Assembly (NCBI GenBank): GCA_021208605.1
Contig: JAJOJK010000018.1
Span: 4,780 to 68,779 of the forward strand
Length of the DNA: 64,000 nucleotides
Origin: Candidatus Woesebacteria bacterium
GTDB taxonomy: Bacteria > Patescibacteriota > Microgenomatia > UBA1400 > UBA1396
Direction: 5' to 3'
The notes below the pieces were generated by a model. That model saw only the letters and a program-made list of their open reading frames with translations, was not told the DNA's origin and did not search any database. Below are positions 50,391 to 60,791 of this stretch, piece after piece. The stretch's first letter is position 1; each line of letters begins with the position of its first letter. The translations under genes were made by a program, and so were the position numbers.

Positions 50391-53300
50391 ATGGCCATTG
50401 ACTCAACTATACGTATTGAAAGCGTCCAGGAACTCAAGGATCGCTTACGCAGTGCTGGCGTACTTACCAACTGGAAACGCTTTAGCGATTTCTTGGAAGA
50501 ATTTGTTGGCGAAATTGAGAAGGCCGGAGAAAATCCTGAATTCGTCGCCACGATAAGCAGTGAAAAATTCCCCATTGACCTCGCAACACTGAAGTTTCTC
50601 TACGCGTACTTAGGTTCTGGGGACCACTTCGTCCGCGACTTTGCTGAAGAATCCGCTCTCGCCAAAATTCTGGAAATCATCACTGACACCAAACAAAAAT
50701 ATGGCAGTGCACTTGAAGGACTTAGCTCTAACGATACAGTGTCCCGACAGCGCCAAACAGCACTTACCTTCTTCCAACAACTTACCTACGATCTCGAACC
50801 AAGTAATCTCCAAGGAGAGACTGAATCCGAAGGCACTTTTCTTGCCGAAGCGCTACCGGCGGTTTTTGCAGACGATCAAATTCTTCTCAAGGCTGATAAT
50901 CCCAGCCAGGTCAACGCGCTCAAACAGCAAATTGAAGAACAATTCAACGAACTCCGTCAGCTTATCAAGAAGTATGACAGACCAGAAACAATCGAGCTTG
51001 AAACACAAGTAACAACGGCTCTCTCTGCGGCAAGGGCGCAAGCGCAGGCGAATGATGACGAAACGGCTCAACGCCAACTTACTCAAGCCAGTGAAATCCA
51101 GGAAACAGCGCAAAGCCAGCTCCGTGAATCACTCGAGGAGCGCCGAAAAGAACAACTCGACAAGATACGAAATTCGCAAGCTCTCCTTTTCTCTTTGGTT
51201 GAGAAATACTCAGAAGACACTTCATTTGATGAACTGTTCCTTTCTACACTTATTCAATATATTCGGGTCGATCGAATCGATTTTCAAGTCGTGCTCAGCT
51301 TTACCGCTTTCCTTGGATACTTGCGCGACCTCTTCGAGACACTTTTAGCCAACACCCGCGATTTTGTCGAGAAAAAAACGGAAGCATACAAAAAAGAACA
51401 AGCTTCCGCCAAAAAAACTCTTAATCGAGAACTAGCGGCGCTCTTCGACGTTGAACTTCCGCGAGAAGACGATGCCGGCGGTGGCGCGGATGAGGAGCAA
51501 GAAGAGGACGAGTCCACCCTCCTGACAGTCGAAGAATTCCGCACGCGACTCACCGAAGCAGAAGCTTCACTCAACTCGCTGCCGTTAGCAAACGTTGACG
51601 ATCTCAAAGCGGCCCTAGAACTCGAGAGCATTCAGACTGATAAACAAATACACGTTGTCATCGATTCTCTCTTCCAACAAGCCGACACGTTCTCCGACGC
51701 ACAAAGAGCAGCCATCTTACAAAAGCTCACCGCGTATATTGCACGGCTAAAAGCTGATCAAGAAGTTGATGAAGATAAACCAACGGACCGTCCCGAGGCT
51801 CAACCAGACTCCGTTCCCACTGTCACACCAGCTGCAGCCGAAACTGGCACCCAAGAAGAGCAAATCTCCAAACTGCGCCAAGGATCAGAACTCGCCCGCT
51901 TAAATGCATTGTTAGTTGCGCAAGCTGAGGGACAACTGTTTGTTCGCCTCAAGGAACTCGGCTATTCAGAAGAAAAAGCCGAAGAACTTATCGCCGCGTA
52001 TCATGGCGACCTCACTAACCTGATTTGGGCTGAACTCTTAGGCGCCGGCGGATACGCCATGCTCAAGGGTCAACAGACACAGTCACTTGGCGCGGTGGAA
52101 CTGACCCAGATCTGGCCAACGCCACCCAAATTGTTGGTAATGAAATTTTGGTTGCCAATGGCGGAACGTTACCCACCAATTATGGTGGCAATTATGCCTC
52201 GCCAGAACAAATAGCATCGCTCACCGAGAAGACACAATTGGCTGTCGCGCAGGCTGGTTTTGTTGATCCTGACGGGTCCTTGACTTCCCTCACTTCGGCA
52301 CTGGCATTTTTCCAGTCACCAGAGGGATTGCAGCAAATTTTGCAGCTTTCACAAAATGCTGATGTCTTGAATGCTATTCAAAGACAAAGCGGTATTTCCA
52401 GCGATCTTCTCGAGTTGCTGGGTTCGCTTGAGTCCCCAGAAGACATTGATCGGCTGCTACGCTTTGATCCGGAGGCACTGAAAAGCTTATCTCGTGCGGA
52501 GCGCAATGGCGTCAACCAAAAACTGCACCGCTTCATGGATTTGCATACACAAATTCAACAAGTGGGCTTTCTCCCACCTGCTGAACTTGAAGAATACAAT
52601 GCACTCGCCCGCGAAATCGAACCCATTTTCAATATTCTCAATGAGTATGGTGATGATCTGTATCTCTTACTGTACGCGCAACAAGACTTGGCTGACTTAA
52701 GCCAATTCATTCAGCGCGCCGCTCAAACGGAGGCCGCCGTTCAACAACGACTTCCTCAATTTGTGCAACGCGATGTGCAGTACACATCTCGTTTTGCCCA
52801 ATACGCCGTGGTGACAACGACGGTTACTACAACCGTTACCACGACCACCACGGAAATAAGCGAACAAGATCCTTCCTACCTACTCGGCGAAGCCAAAAAT
52901 GATCTGGCGCTCAAGCGCATGATCGCTCTCAGCATGGCCGCGACTCCAGAAGAACAAATGGAGCTGGAACTCCTGCTGCGCCATCCCGAAATGGCTGGTA
53001 TCCAACAAGCGACAGCAGCCGAAGGTGTACCGGCGCTCAATGCGCAAAACCTCTCTCAACAACTCGCTGCCCTGCAACAGAAAAACAGCGGCCTCAACCA
53101 AAAAATCGAAAAGGCCAAAGCCCTGCAAGCGGGCATGAAGGCCCTTATTGCCTCCAAAGGAAATCCTTACTTACTCGCTGCCAACCTGCTTAAAAGCAAA
53201 GAAGGCCGCAAACTCATCATGAAGGCACTTGGGGGCGCTGCCGCTGGCGCTACGGCCACGGTAGCAATTATTTTGGCGCCTCTGATTCAGTTCTATAACG

Positions 53301-54271
53301 CAGTTATTGTGCCAGTCATGAACTTTGTGTCTGGTGTGGTGAGTGGTATTACGGGATTCTTTGGCGGGTTGTTTGGAGGCGGCGGCGCAGCCGCCGCGGG
53401 CAGCGGTATTTCTGGTTCTCTGGGAGCCGGAACGGCGCAAGCCATGACTAACGCGGCCTCAACCGCCAAACTCGCCTCCACGCAAGCAACGGCTCTGGCT
53501 CGGGGAGAAGCGGTAAAGGCCATGACGACCCTGGAAGCACAGGCTAATGCCATTATGTCTGGCACGGTAGTTGCCGAGACAGCAACTGCGGTCATTGCCG
53601 TTGGAGTCATCGGGCCGTTTCTGCTAATCGGAGTTTTGACCTTGATCGTGATCACGGTTATCGGCGCGTCGGTAAACGATATTCCCATGTCTGGTGTGCA
53701 ACGGAGTATTAGTAGCGGTGGACTGGGCGTGGCGGGATGTTGGCCAACGAACGGAAGTATTACTGCTCTTGAAACATACCCAGACGGGCGTCCACACGTA
53801 CGAAGAGATAGTCCAGGAGCTTCTGCCATAGATATAGGTGGAACAACTGGGAATCCTATCTACACCCCGTTTTCTGGTGTAGCTCTCTCTAAATGGGATG
53901 ACGAATACGGAAACATGGTAAGAATCGAAACTGACTATGGATTCACCGTGATTCTTGCTCACATGCTCGAAGCCTGTATTCCATCACAAACAGGTGGTTG
54001 TTTAGCCCCTGATCAGAGTGGACCAGTTACTGCAGGACAACAAGTTGGTTTGCTCGGAAGTACCGGAAATTCGTCAGGACCGCACTTACACTATGAAGTG
54101 TTTAATGTTCCCAGCTCACTCACTACCCGTGATTATGCTATCGCTGATTTAGTGCCGCCAGTTCCTCCTCTTGCAGTCAACGCCGTTGTCTCCACCAGTC
54201 AATGTTCAGTAGGTGGTAACCCGTACAACCCCTCTGCTACTGAGTCTGGTCGAACCAATGATGCACTGTAA
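50391..54271 (+). CDS. giant T4SS-associated protein with an N-terminal coiled-coil region, central TM/Gly-rich segment and C-terminal M23 (LytM) peptidoglycan endopeptidase domain; interrupted by an apparent -1 frameshift near 52095-52100
   Basis: Track ORFs 50391..52214 and 52148..54271 (TTG start). Plausible protein text switches frame between ...QQTQSLGAV and GTDPDLANATQIVGNEILVANGGTL... The M23 motifs are HVRRD (HxxxD) and GSTGNSSGPHLHYEV (HxH). There is a (TTTVTT)n repeat. The architecture is analogous to PrgK/CwlT-type conjugation hydrolases. Confidence 0.7.
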
Positions 54272-54327
54272 AAAAAACATGCAGTACTGCTGACTATGGC
54301 TTACAATGAAACAGGAAGAATAAAAAA

Positions 54328-55371
54328 ATGCCATCGCGAACCAATCAAAAAACACCATCTAGTGCTCTAGGAAATCTCCAAGAAATCTTAGGCATTGGTC
54401 GCCGAGAACAAATTGTTCTTCTTGGCGTTTTAGCGCTCATTATAACCACTGGTATACTCATCTTTTTCCGTCCACGGACTGCATCACAGCCATCTGGAGT
54501 TACTTTCTCAACCTATGAACAGCATGAAGGTAGCATATCTGTTACTTTTACTGGCTCAACCGACGTAACAAAAAATCGATTAGCACTGCAATATATCACC
54601 GACGCCATCGATCAAGAAACACTCCTGCGTACTTTTGCCGGACGACTTGATATGCAAGCACTTCCCAGTTCTCTCACTGGCAACACCTATATCTCTGCCG
54701 ACGGTGTCACGACACTCACCATGGCAAACGGTGATCAAGGCATTATCTATATTAAAAACGGGGCTCTTTCAGAACCACTTACTCCGGTCTCTCTTGAGTT
54801 TGCACAAGAAAGTGCAGAAGAATTTTTAAGCTCTCTAGGATACACGGTAGAAGAACTCAATCTTATCGAAAATGAAACCCAATTCCTTGGCACACAAGTA
54901 GAAGGAAGTGAAGGGTTTCCGCAAGTTCCTGCAGCAGAAGCCAGAATCATCCAACTCTTTTACGAAAAACAACTCAATACTGTTCCAATTGCCTACTCTG
55001 CCAGTGCAGTAGAGAAAATCGCGATCGAAATAACTGCTGATGGTGTCTTCCGCGCAAATCTCCCTAACGTCTTCATCTCCACCGAACCAGGCCGTGAATA
55101 TACCGTCATCTCGGTAGAAAAAGCGCTGGAAAATATAGAAAGTGGTCAATTCTCTATCATTGGTACACCTGGCCGTGTGGAGAAAAGTGATCGCTTTGTC
55201 CGCCTCGATTTAGTGGAACAATCTCTCCAGTATCGCTACGATACTTCTCAAGGGATTCTTTTCCCCATGTTCCGATTCGAAGGAACCGCCATGACAGAAA
55301 GTGGTGAACTCTTTGAGATGGTGGTCGTCACCGAGGCCATAGAAGTGCGCAGTGAAGACATCGAGCAATAA
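54328..55371 (+). CDS. membrane-anchored hypothetical protein of the T4SS locus (347 aa, single N-terminal TM)
   Basis: N-terminal TM (IVLLGVLALIITTGILIFF), then a soluble alpha/beta region; position is analogous to the VirB8/ConB-like bitopic proteins. Confidence 0.4.
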   Translation: MPSRTNQKTPSSALGNLQEILGIGRREQIVLLGVLALIITTGILIFFRPRTASQPSGVTFSTYEQHEGSISVTFTGSTDVTKNRLALQYITDAIDQETLLRTFAGRLDMQALPSSLTGNTYISADGVTTLTMANGDQGIIYIKNGALSEPLTPVSLEFAQESAEEFLSSLGYTVEELNLIENETQFLGTQVEGSEGFPQVPAAEARIIQLFYEKQLNTVPIAYSASAVEKIAIEITADGVFRANLPNVFISTEPGREYTVISVEKALENIESGQFSIIGTPGRVEKSDRFVRLDLVEQSLQYRYDTSQGILFPMFRFEGTAMTESGELFEMVVVTEAIEVRSEDIEQ

Positions 55372-55421
55372 TGATAGAGTAGATATACGCTACAAAACAC
55401 GGCGCCACCGCACCTATCAAC

Positions 55422-56696
55422 ATGATCGAACACCCAGTTCCACAGAACATCACTGAGTATCAGTTCCATCTGATCGGCAACATGACGATCAAGCAGTTTA
55501 TTATTCTGCTGGTTGGTGTGGTGTTGGCGTTCATGTTTTACAGCACCAACTTACCCGGAATTATTAAGTGGCCGTTTATGCTGGTTATCGTGGGAGGCTC
55601 TGGTGCACTGGCTTTTGTACCGTATGAAGAGCGCACACTCGATCAGTGGCTGGTGAATTTTATTCGCGCTATCTACCGTCCCACCAAATACTACTGGCAA
55701 CGCACAGCGCCAACTCCTGGGTACTTCACGCATGAAGTCACCCAAAGCCAAGCGCTGAGCACTGGCCAAGAACGCTCGACGCTCCCACAGCGCCAGAAAC
55801 AATTCTCGGCGTATATGTCCTCATTGCAAACCCAGTCTCAAGGCCCGGTATCGCAGGATCCTTTGGATCTTTTTCAAGGAGCTACTGGCGATCTCAGCTC
55901 ACTGTTTGACTCGGTAGAAGCGGCCGAAAACGTTGTCCCTGGAGAAACCATGGCCATGGAAAAACCGAACTTGCAGGTTCGTGCCCGCCCACTAGGCAGC
56001 GGACAGAACATGGTCTTTGATACCAAAATTGACACTACTCCCGGAGACGACCTTGCGACTCCAACATCCACTCCGGCCGCCGCCACCGCCCAATGGGGGA
56101 ACTCGTATGGCGGAAACGACACTTATAGCACCTTCACCATAGACTCCGTACAAGAATCAAAACACTCTCAACAGGAAGATGCCACGCCATCAGCACCTCG
56201 CGGGCAAGCCGCCACAACAGATGTCCAGACTATCTCGGTGCCCAGATCGGCACCCACCAAGACAGAAGTCACCCAGCCTGAAACGAGCGCTGCGCAGTCT
56301 GCAACCAAGACCGACAACGAACCCACTGGAAACGCCTACGTAACCGAGAGCTCTGTGCAGCGCGCGCCGCAGCACGCTGCGGCGCCCATCCCCGTCCCCT
56401 TCAACAAAGATCTGCCGTTCCCGTCTTTGCCGGATAAGCCGAACTTGCTTTTGGGAATGGTCCACGATCAGCAGAAAAATATTATTCCGGGCGCTATCGT
56501 CGAGATTTTGGATGAAAATGGCAACACGGTCCGCGCCATGAAAACCAACAATCTTGGTCAATTCTATATTTCTACTCCCCTGCAAACAGGAAAATACACG
56601 ATCGAAACCGAAGCCAATGGGCATGAATTTCCGGTCTTTGCTCTCGAAGTAGACGGTTCCGTGCTCGATCCGGTGGACATTCTTGCTCAAACCTAA
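55422..56696 (+). CDS. PrgI/VirB3-like two-TM protein fused to a C-terminal beta-sandwich (carboxypeptidase-regulatory-like) domain
   Basis: N-terminus TIKQFIILLVGVVLAFMFY...IKWPFMLVIVGGSGALAFVPYEERTLDQWL, a long disordered middle, and C-terminal IIPGAIVEILDENGNTVRAMKTNNLGQFYISTPLQTGKYTIE. Confidence 0.4.
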   Translation: MIEHPVPQNITEYQFHLIGNMTIKQFIILLVGVVLAFMFYSTNLPGIIKWPFMLVIVGGSGALAFVPYEERTLDQWLVNFIRAIYRPTKYYWQRTAPTPGYFTHEVTQSQALSTGQERSTLPQRQKQFSAYMSSLQTQSQGPVSQDPLDLFQGATGDLSSLFDSVEAAENVVPGETMAMEKPNLQVRARPLGSGQNMVFDTKIDTTPGDDLATPTSTPAAATAQWGNSYGGNDTYSTFTIDSVQESKHSQQEDATPSAPRGQAATTDVQTISVPRSAPTKTEVTQPETSAAQSATKTDNEPTGNAYVTESSVQRAPQHAAAPIPVPFNKDLPFPSLPDKPNLLLGMVHDQQKNIIPGAIVEILDENGNTVRAMKTNNLGQFYISTPLQTGKYTIETEANGHEFPVFALEVDGSVLDPVDILAQT

Positions 56697-56748
56697 AAAA
56701 GTGTTCAACTCGTGACGAATCCCGACAAAACTCGTATACTGGAAACGC

Positions 56749-57681
56749 ATGCCTAACTCCCAAGGACAGCTCTCATCAACTTCTCAAAAATATCTTGAGA
56801 TTCTGGATATCACCAACGACCTACTGGTCATGAAAGATGGCTCGACGGCTGTCGTCCTTGAAGTTAGCGCCATCAACTTCGGCCTTTTGTCCGAGCCAGA
56901 ACAAGACGCCATTATTTATGCGTATGCGGCTCTCATAAACTCGCTCTCGTTCCCAATTCAGATTGCCATTATTTCTCGTCCCAAAGATGTCAGTAACTAC
57001 TTGGAATATGTTGACGAACAATTCCAAACTGCCACGTCGGACCTTCGTCGTCAACAAATCGCCAGCTACCGCCAGTTTGTTTCCAATTTAATTACAGAGC
57101 AAAACGTCTTGGATAAAAACTTTTATGTCATTTTGCCACTTTCGGCTATTGAACTTGGTATTGCTGACTCAGTGAATCCCATGAAACAAGTCATGCCGAG
57201 CGATAAACCAGCTGAGTTTGACAAAAATTCGGTCATCCAACGCTCGGTCAACACACTGGGCCCGCGTCGTGATCATATGATTAGTCAGTTCAGCCGCTTT
57301 GGACTTCGCGCCGAGCAACTCCGCACCAAAGATCTGATCCAACTGTTTTACATTATGTACAACTCGCAATCAGCCGAAGGTATCAAAGTGGTGGACACCA
57401 AAGAATACACCAGCGCCGTCATTCAGCCGCGCGGAAATTTCCAGGTTCCTACCGCAGCACCAGAGGTCGCAACCGCACCACCAACGCAGACCACCCCGGC
57501 AGCCCCAGAGCCAACACCTCCTGCGGCAAGTGCTCCACAAGCTGTCCCCGTAGAAATTCCTTCTGAAGACACCACATCAGAAGTGTCTTCCCTCGAAAAC
57601 GCCATGTCCTCCATTCCCCGCGAAGGTGTCGGCCTGAACGTGGACGCTACCAACACCGACGACAACCAACCACCACGATAA
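56749..57681 (+). CDS. T4SS-associated protein resembling the VirB4/TrbE N-terminal (CagE_TrbE_VirB-like) domain, with Pro/Thr-rich tail
   Basis: LEILDITNDLLVMKDGSTAVVLEVSAINFGLLSEPEQDAIIYAYAALINSLSFPIQIAIISRP pattern; C-terminal PTAAPEVATAPPTQTTPAAPEPTPPAASAP. Confidence 0.35.
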   Translation: MPNSQGQLSSTSQKYLEILDITNDLLVMKDGSTAVVLEVSAINFGLLSEPEQDAIIYAYAALINSLSFPIQIAIISRPKDVSNYLEYVDEQFQTATSDLRRQQIASYRQFVSNLITEQNVLDKNFYVILPLSAIELGIADSVNPMKQVMPSDKPAEFDKNSVIQRSVNTLGPRRDHMISQFSRFGLRAEQLRTKDLIQLFYIMYNSQSAEGIKVVDTKEYTSAVIQPRGNFQVPTAAPEVATAPPTQTTPAAPEPTPPAASAPQAVPVEIPSEDTTSEVSSLENAMSSIPREGVGLNVDATNTDDNQPPR

Positions 57682-57687
57682 GGAACT

Positions 57688-60162
57688 ATGGCGAGCTTTT
57701 TAGAACGCATCGGACTGAAAAAACCATCTTCCACTCAGGGAGACGACGCGCAGACGCAAAAAAAGCAGCAACTCAATGCGCAAATGCAGCAATTTTCGCA
57801 AGGTCTGGTGAGCATTCAAGATATTATTGCTCCAGAGGCGATTGAGGTCGACTTCACCTACCAAAAAATCAATGACACGTTCACTCGCACCCTGTTTATC
57901 GCTGGTTATCCTCGCATGGTGCCAGCCAACTGGCTCTCACCATTAATTAACTTCCCGTACTCTCTGGACGTCTCGATGCACATCACCCCAGTCGACGTCA
58001 AAGAGATTCTGCACGACTTGCGTCGAAAAATTACTGAAATGGAAGCGGAAATTTCTTCTGATATCCGTTCCGGGAAAATCAGTAATATCGACACCGAGAT
58101 CAAACTCGAAGACGCCAAAGCCATTCAGGAACAACTCGCCAAGGGCGCCGAGAGGTTTTATCAGTTTGGTTTGTACGTCACGATTAACTCGCCGAATGTA
58201 GAAGAACTGGATAACGTCACGAAACAGTTACAGTCACTGCTTGGCTCGATGCTGTTAATCTCCAAAAAATCTTCGCTGCAAATGGACGAGGGTTATAAAA
58301 CTACATTGCCGATGGGTCAGGATAAACTCAAGATTCTGCGCAATATGGACACCACTTCTCTGGCCACTACTTTTCCGTTCACTTCGTCTGAGCTCACCAT
58401 GGACAAAGGTATCGTCTACGGCCTGAACGAGCACAACGGCTCGCTGATTATTTTCGACCGCTTCCAGATGGAAAACGCCAACATGGTGGTGTTCGCGAAA
58501 TCCGGTGCTGGTAAATCCTACGCCGTGAAACTCGAAGCCCTGCGCCACATGATGTTCGGCGCCGAAGTCTTGATTCTTGACCCGGAAAAAGAGTATGAGG
58601 ACATGGCGGCATCTGTTGGTGGCGAGTACATTAACTTTGCCTTTGGCTCCAACACCAAAATCAATCCGTTTGATTTGTCCCAAGTCTACGAAGAAGGTGA
58701 AAACGAACTCGGCCAAAAAATTATTTCGCTCCACGCGCTTCTCAAAGTGATGCTCGGAGAAATGAACGCTTCTCAAGAAGCCATGCTCGACCGCGCGCTC
58801 GTGGCTACTTACAAAGCCAAGGGCATTACGCCTGATCCGTCCACGCAAAACAAAGAACCGCCGCTCATGGAAGACCTCTACAAAGCCCTGATCGGTATGG
58901 AAAACGACGACGCCTACGACATTGCCATGCGTCTGGAAAAATACATTAAGGGTTCTTTCCGCGGCATTTTCGACCAACACACCAACATCGACATCCGCAA
59001 CCAGATGACGGTCTTCTCAGTTCGCGACATCGAAGACGAACTCCGTCCGGTAGCCATGTTCATGATTCTCGACTTTATCTGGACGCGTATCCGCAAAGAG
59101 CGCAAAAAGCGCGTTTTGGTTGTTGATGAGGCCTGGTACTTCATGAAGCACCAAGACACTGCTTCCTTCATGCACTCGATCGCCAAACGTGCCCGGAAAT
59201 ACTACCTCGGCGTCACCACCATCACGCAGGACGTGGAAGACTTCATGCACAGCGACTACGGCAAAGCGATTGTGACTAACGCCTCCATGCAGCTATTGCT
59301 GAAACAATCTTCGGCCGCTATTCCCGTGTTGGCCGACACCTTCTATTTGTCGGAAGGTGAGCAGCGTCTACTCATGGCCGCCGACGTCGGTGAGGGTCTC
59401 TTCTTTGCTGGTCAAAATCATGTGGCCATGCGTATTATGGCCTCTCCAGAGGAGCACGTGGTGATCACCACCAACCCACAAGAGTTAGAACAAATTAACA
59501 AAGCCAAACAGCAGCAGCAACAGCAAATTCAACAAACCACGCAGGCTTTGAAGCAGCAGAATCTGCCGCAAGATAATTACCAGGAAGAAATTCCCGACCA
59601 AACGCAAACCGCCTTTGCCGGCCAACCAGGCCAATACGCCGACCCGAACCAGGGCATGCCGCAAAACCAAGGACAAGCGCAGATGAATCCCCAGATGAAC
59701 CCGCAAATGGGGCAACCGATGAATCAGATGGGGCAAATGCAGCCTGGTCAGATGCAGCCTGGTCAGATGGACCAAATGGGACAACCAATGGCGCAACAAA
59801 TCGGTCAACAGCAATACATGGCAAACGGACAAATGATGCCGGGACAGATGCCGCAGCAGCCCCTGCCAGGTCAATATGGTGATCCGAATCAGATGGCTCA
59901 GGGGCAAGCGCCGCAAATGGCACAAATGCCAGCAAATCAGCCAGCACCGGGTCAGTATCCGCAACAACAGCAGCCGATGATGCAGCCAGGAATGGCGCCA
60001 AATGGCAGTTATCAGCAACAATATGCCGCCCCGCCACAAGAGCAACAAGCGTATCCGTCCCAAATGCCGCCAGCAATGAACGGGCAAATGCCGCAATCCG
60101 GAATGCCAAATCAAGGGGCGCAACTTACACCAACACCGGTACCGCAGGATCAGGGACGATAA
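57688..60162 (+). CDS. virB4: VirB4/ConE/TraE-family conjugative T4SS ATPase with ~220-aa Gln/Met/Pro-rich C-terminal tail
   Basis: 824 aa; N-terminal IAPEAIEVDFTYQKINDTFTRTLFIAGYPR (Gram-positive VirB4 signature), Walker A VVFAKSGAGKSY, ILDPEKEY, Walker B VLVVDEAWYF...TTITQ. The tail reads QQQQQIQQTTQALKQQN...MNPQMNPQMGQPMNQMGQMQPGQMQPGQM... Confidence 0.85.
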   Translation: MASFLERIGLKKPSSTQGDDAQTQKKQQLNAQMQQFSQGLVSIQDIIAPEAIEVDFTYQKINDTFTRTLFIAGYPRMVPANWLSPLINFPYSLDVSMHITPVDVKEILHDLRRKITEMEAEISSDIRSGKISNIDTEIKLEDAKAIQEQLAKGAERFYQFGLYVTINSPNVEELDNVTKQLQSLLGSMLLISKKSSLQMDEGYKTTLPMGQDKLKILRNMDTTSLATTFPFTSSELTMDKGIVYGLNEHNGSLIIFDRFQMENANMVVFAKSGAGKSYAVKLEALRHMMFGAEVLILDPEKEYEDMAASVGGEYINFAFGSNTKINPFDLSQVYEEGENELGQKIISLHALLKVMLGEMNASQEAMLDRALVATYKAKGITPDPSTQNKEPPLMEDLYKALIGMENDDAYDIAMRLEKYIKGSFRGIFDQHTNIDIRNQMTVFSVRDIEDELRPVAMFMILDFIWTRIRKERKKRVLVVDEAWYFMKHQDTASFMHSIAKRARKYYLGVTTITQDVEDFMHSDYGKAIVTNASMQLLLKQSSAAIPVLADTFYLSEGEQRLLMAADVGEGLFFAGQNHVAMRIMASPEEHVVITTNPQELEQINKAKQQQQQQIQQTTQALKQQNLPQDNYQEEIPDQTQTAFAGQPGQYADPNQGMPQNQGQAQMNPQMNPQMGQPMNQMGQMQPGQMQPGQMDQMGQPMAQQIGQQQYMANGQMMPGQMPQQPLPGQYGDPNQMAQGQAPQMAQMPANQPAPGQYPQQQQPMMQPGMAPNGSYQQQYAAPPQEQQAYPSQMPPAMNGQMPQSGMPNQGAQLTPTPVPQDQGR

Positions 60163-60170
60163 ATCTTTTT

Positions 60171-60776
60171 GTGGAAAAAATGAGTATGGATACCGACTCG
60201 CTCTCCCGCATGCAGCAAGAAAACGAGCTGCTTATTGCCGTCAACTCGGACAATGAACCGCTCTTTCCAGTAGAGAAAATTGCCGCTCACCAAAAACCTG
60301 GTCAGTTGCATCGTGCTATCACTCTGTTTCTCTTTTCTCCGACCGGAAAAATATTAGTCACGCAACGCAGTGCCCAAAAACCGCTCTGGCCAAAGTGGTG
60401 GGACGCCGCAGCCTCTACCCACCAGTGGTGGCCGGATGAGGATGCCGTGGCATGTGCCCAGCGTCGTCTCCCTTTCGAACTCGGAATCGACGTAAGCCTG
60501 GTTGCGAATTGGCAAGAACGCTTCCACTACGAATACCACGTCACGTACGACGAAACCTGGTCAGAAAATGAAATTAATTTTATTGTTACGGCACAAATTC
60601 CAAATGAAGAGGCTTTAGAGAGCGTGGAAGCACAACTCAAGAATCGCAATACTGATGAAGTCGCCGCCTATGAATGGCTTGCTGCTGAAGACATTGCGAG
60701 AGAACTCAAATATGATCAACATCGATTTGCGCCTTGGTTTCCGTTGGCTTTTGAAAAAATTCCACTGAGGGTCTAA
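60171..60776 (+). CDS. idi: NUDIX hydrolase, isopentenyl-diphosphate delta-isomerase type 1-like
   Basis: 201 aa; HRAITLFLFSPTGKILVTQRSAQKPLWPKWWD... aligns to IDI-1 (HRAFSVFLFN...RSDTKLTFPGVW). The position of the catalytic Cys is AASTHQ rather than NSVCGHP, so activity is uncertain. Confidence 0.6.
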   Translation: MEKMSMDTDSLSRMQQENELLIAVNSDNEPLFPVEKIAAHQKPGQLHRAITLFLFSPTGKILVTQRSAQKPLWPKWWDAAASTHQWWPDEDAVACAQRRLPFELGIDVSLVANWQERFHYEYHVTYDETWSENEINFIVTAQIPNEEALESVEAQLKNRNTDEVAAYEWLAAEDIARELKYDQHRFAPWFPLAFEKIPLRV

Positions 60777-60791
60777 CCCTCCGGTTTTTTT
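60767..60791 (+). terminator. terminator-like hairpin GAGGGTCTAACCCTCCGG plus T7 after the idi-like gene
   Basis: Stem GAGGG/CCCTC followed by TTTTTTT. A near-identical copy GAGGGTCCGACCCTCCGA lies at ~60836-60853, just upstream of the -10 TATACT of the next gene. Confidence 0.5.
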
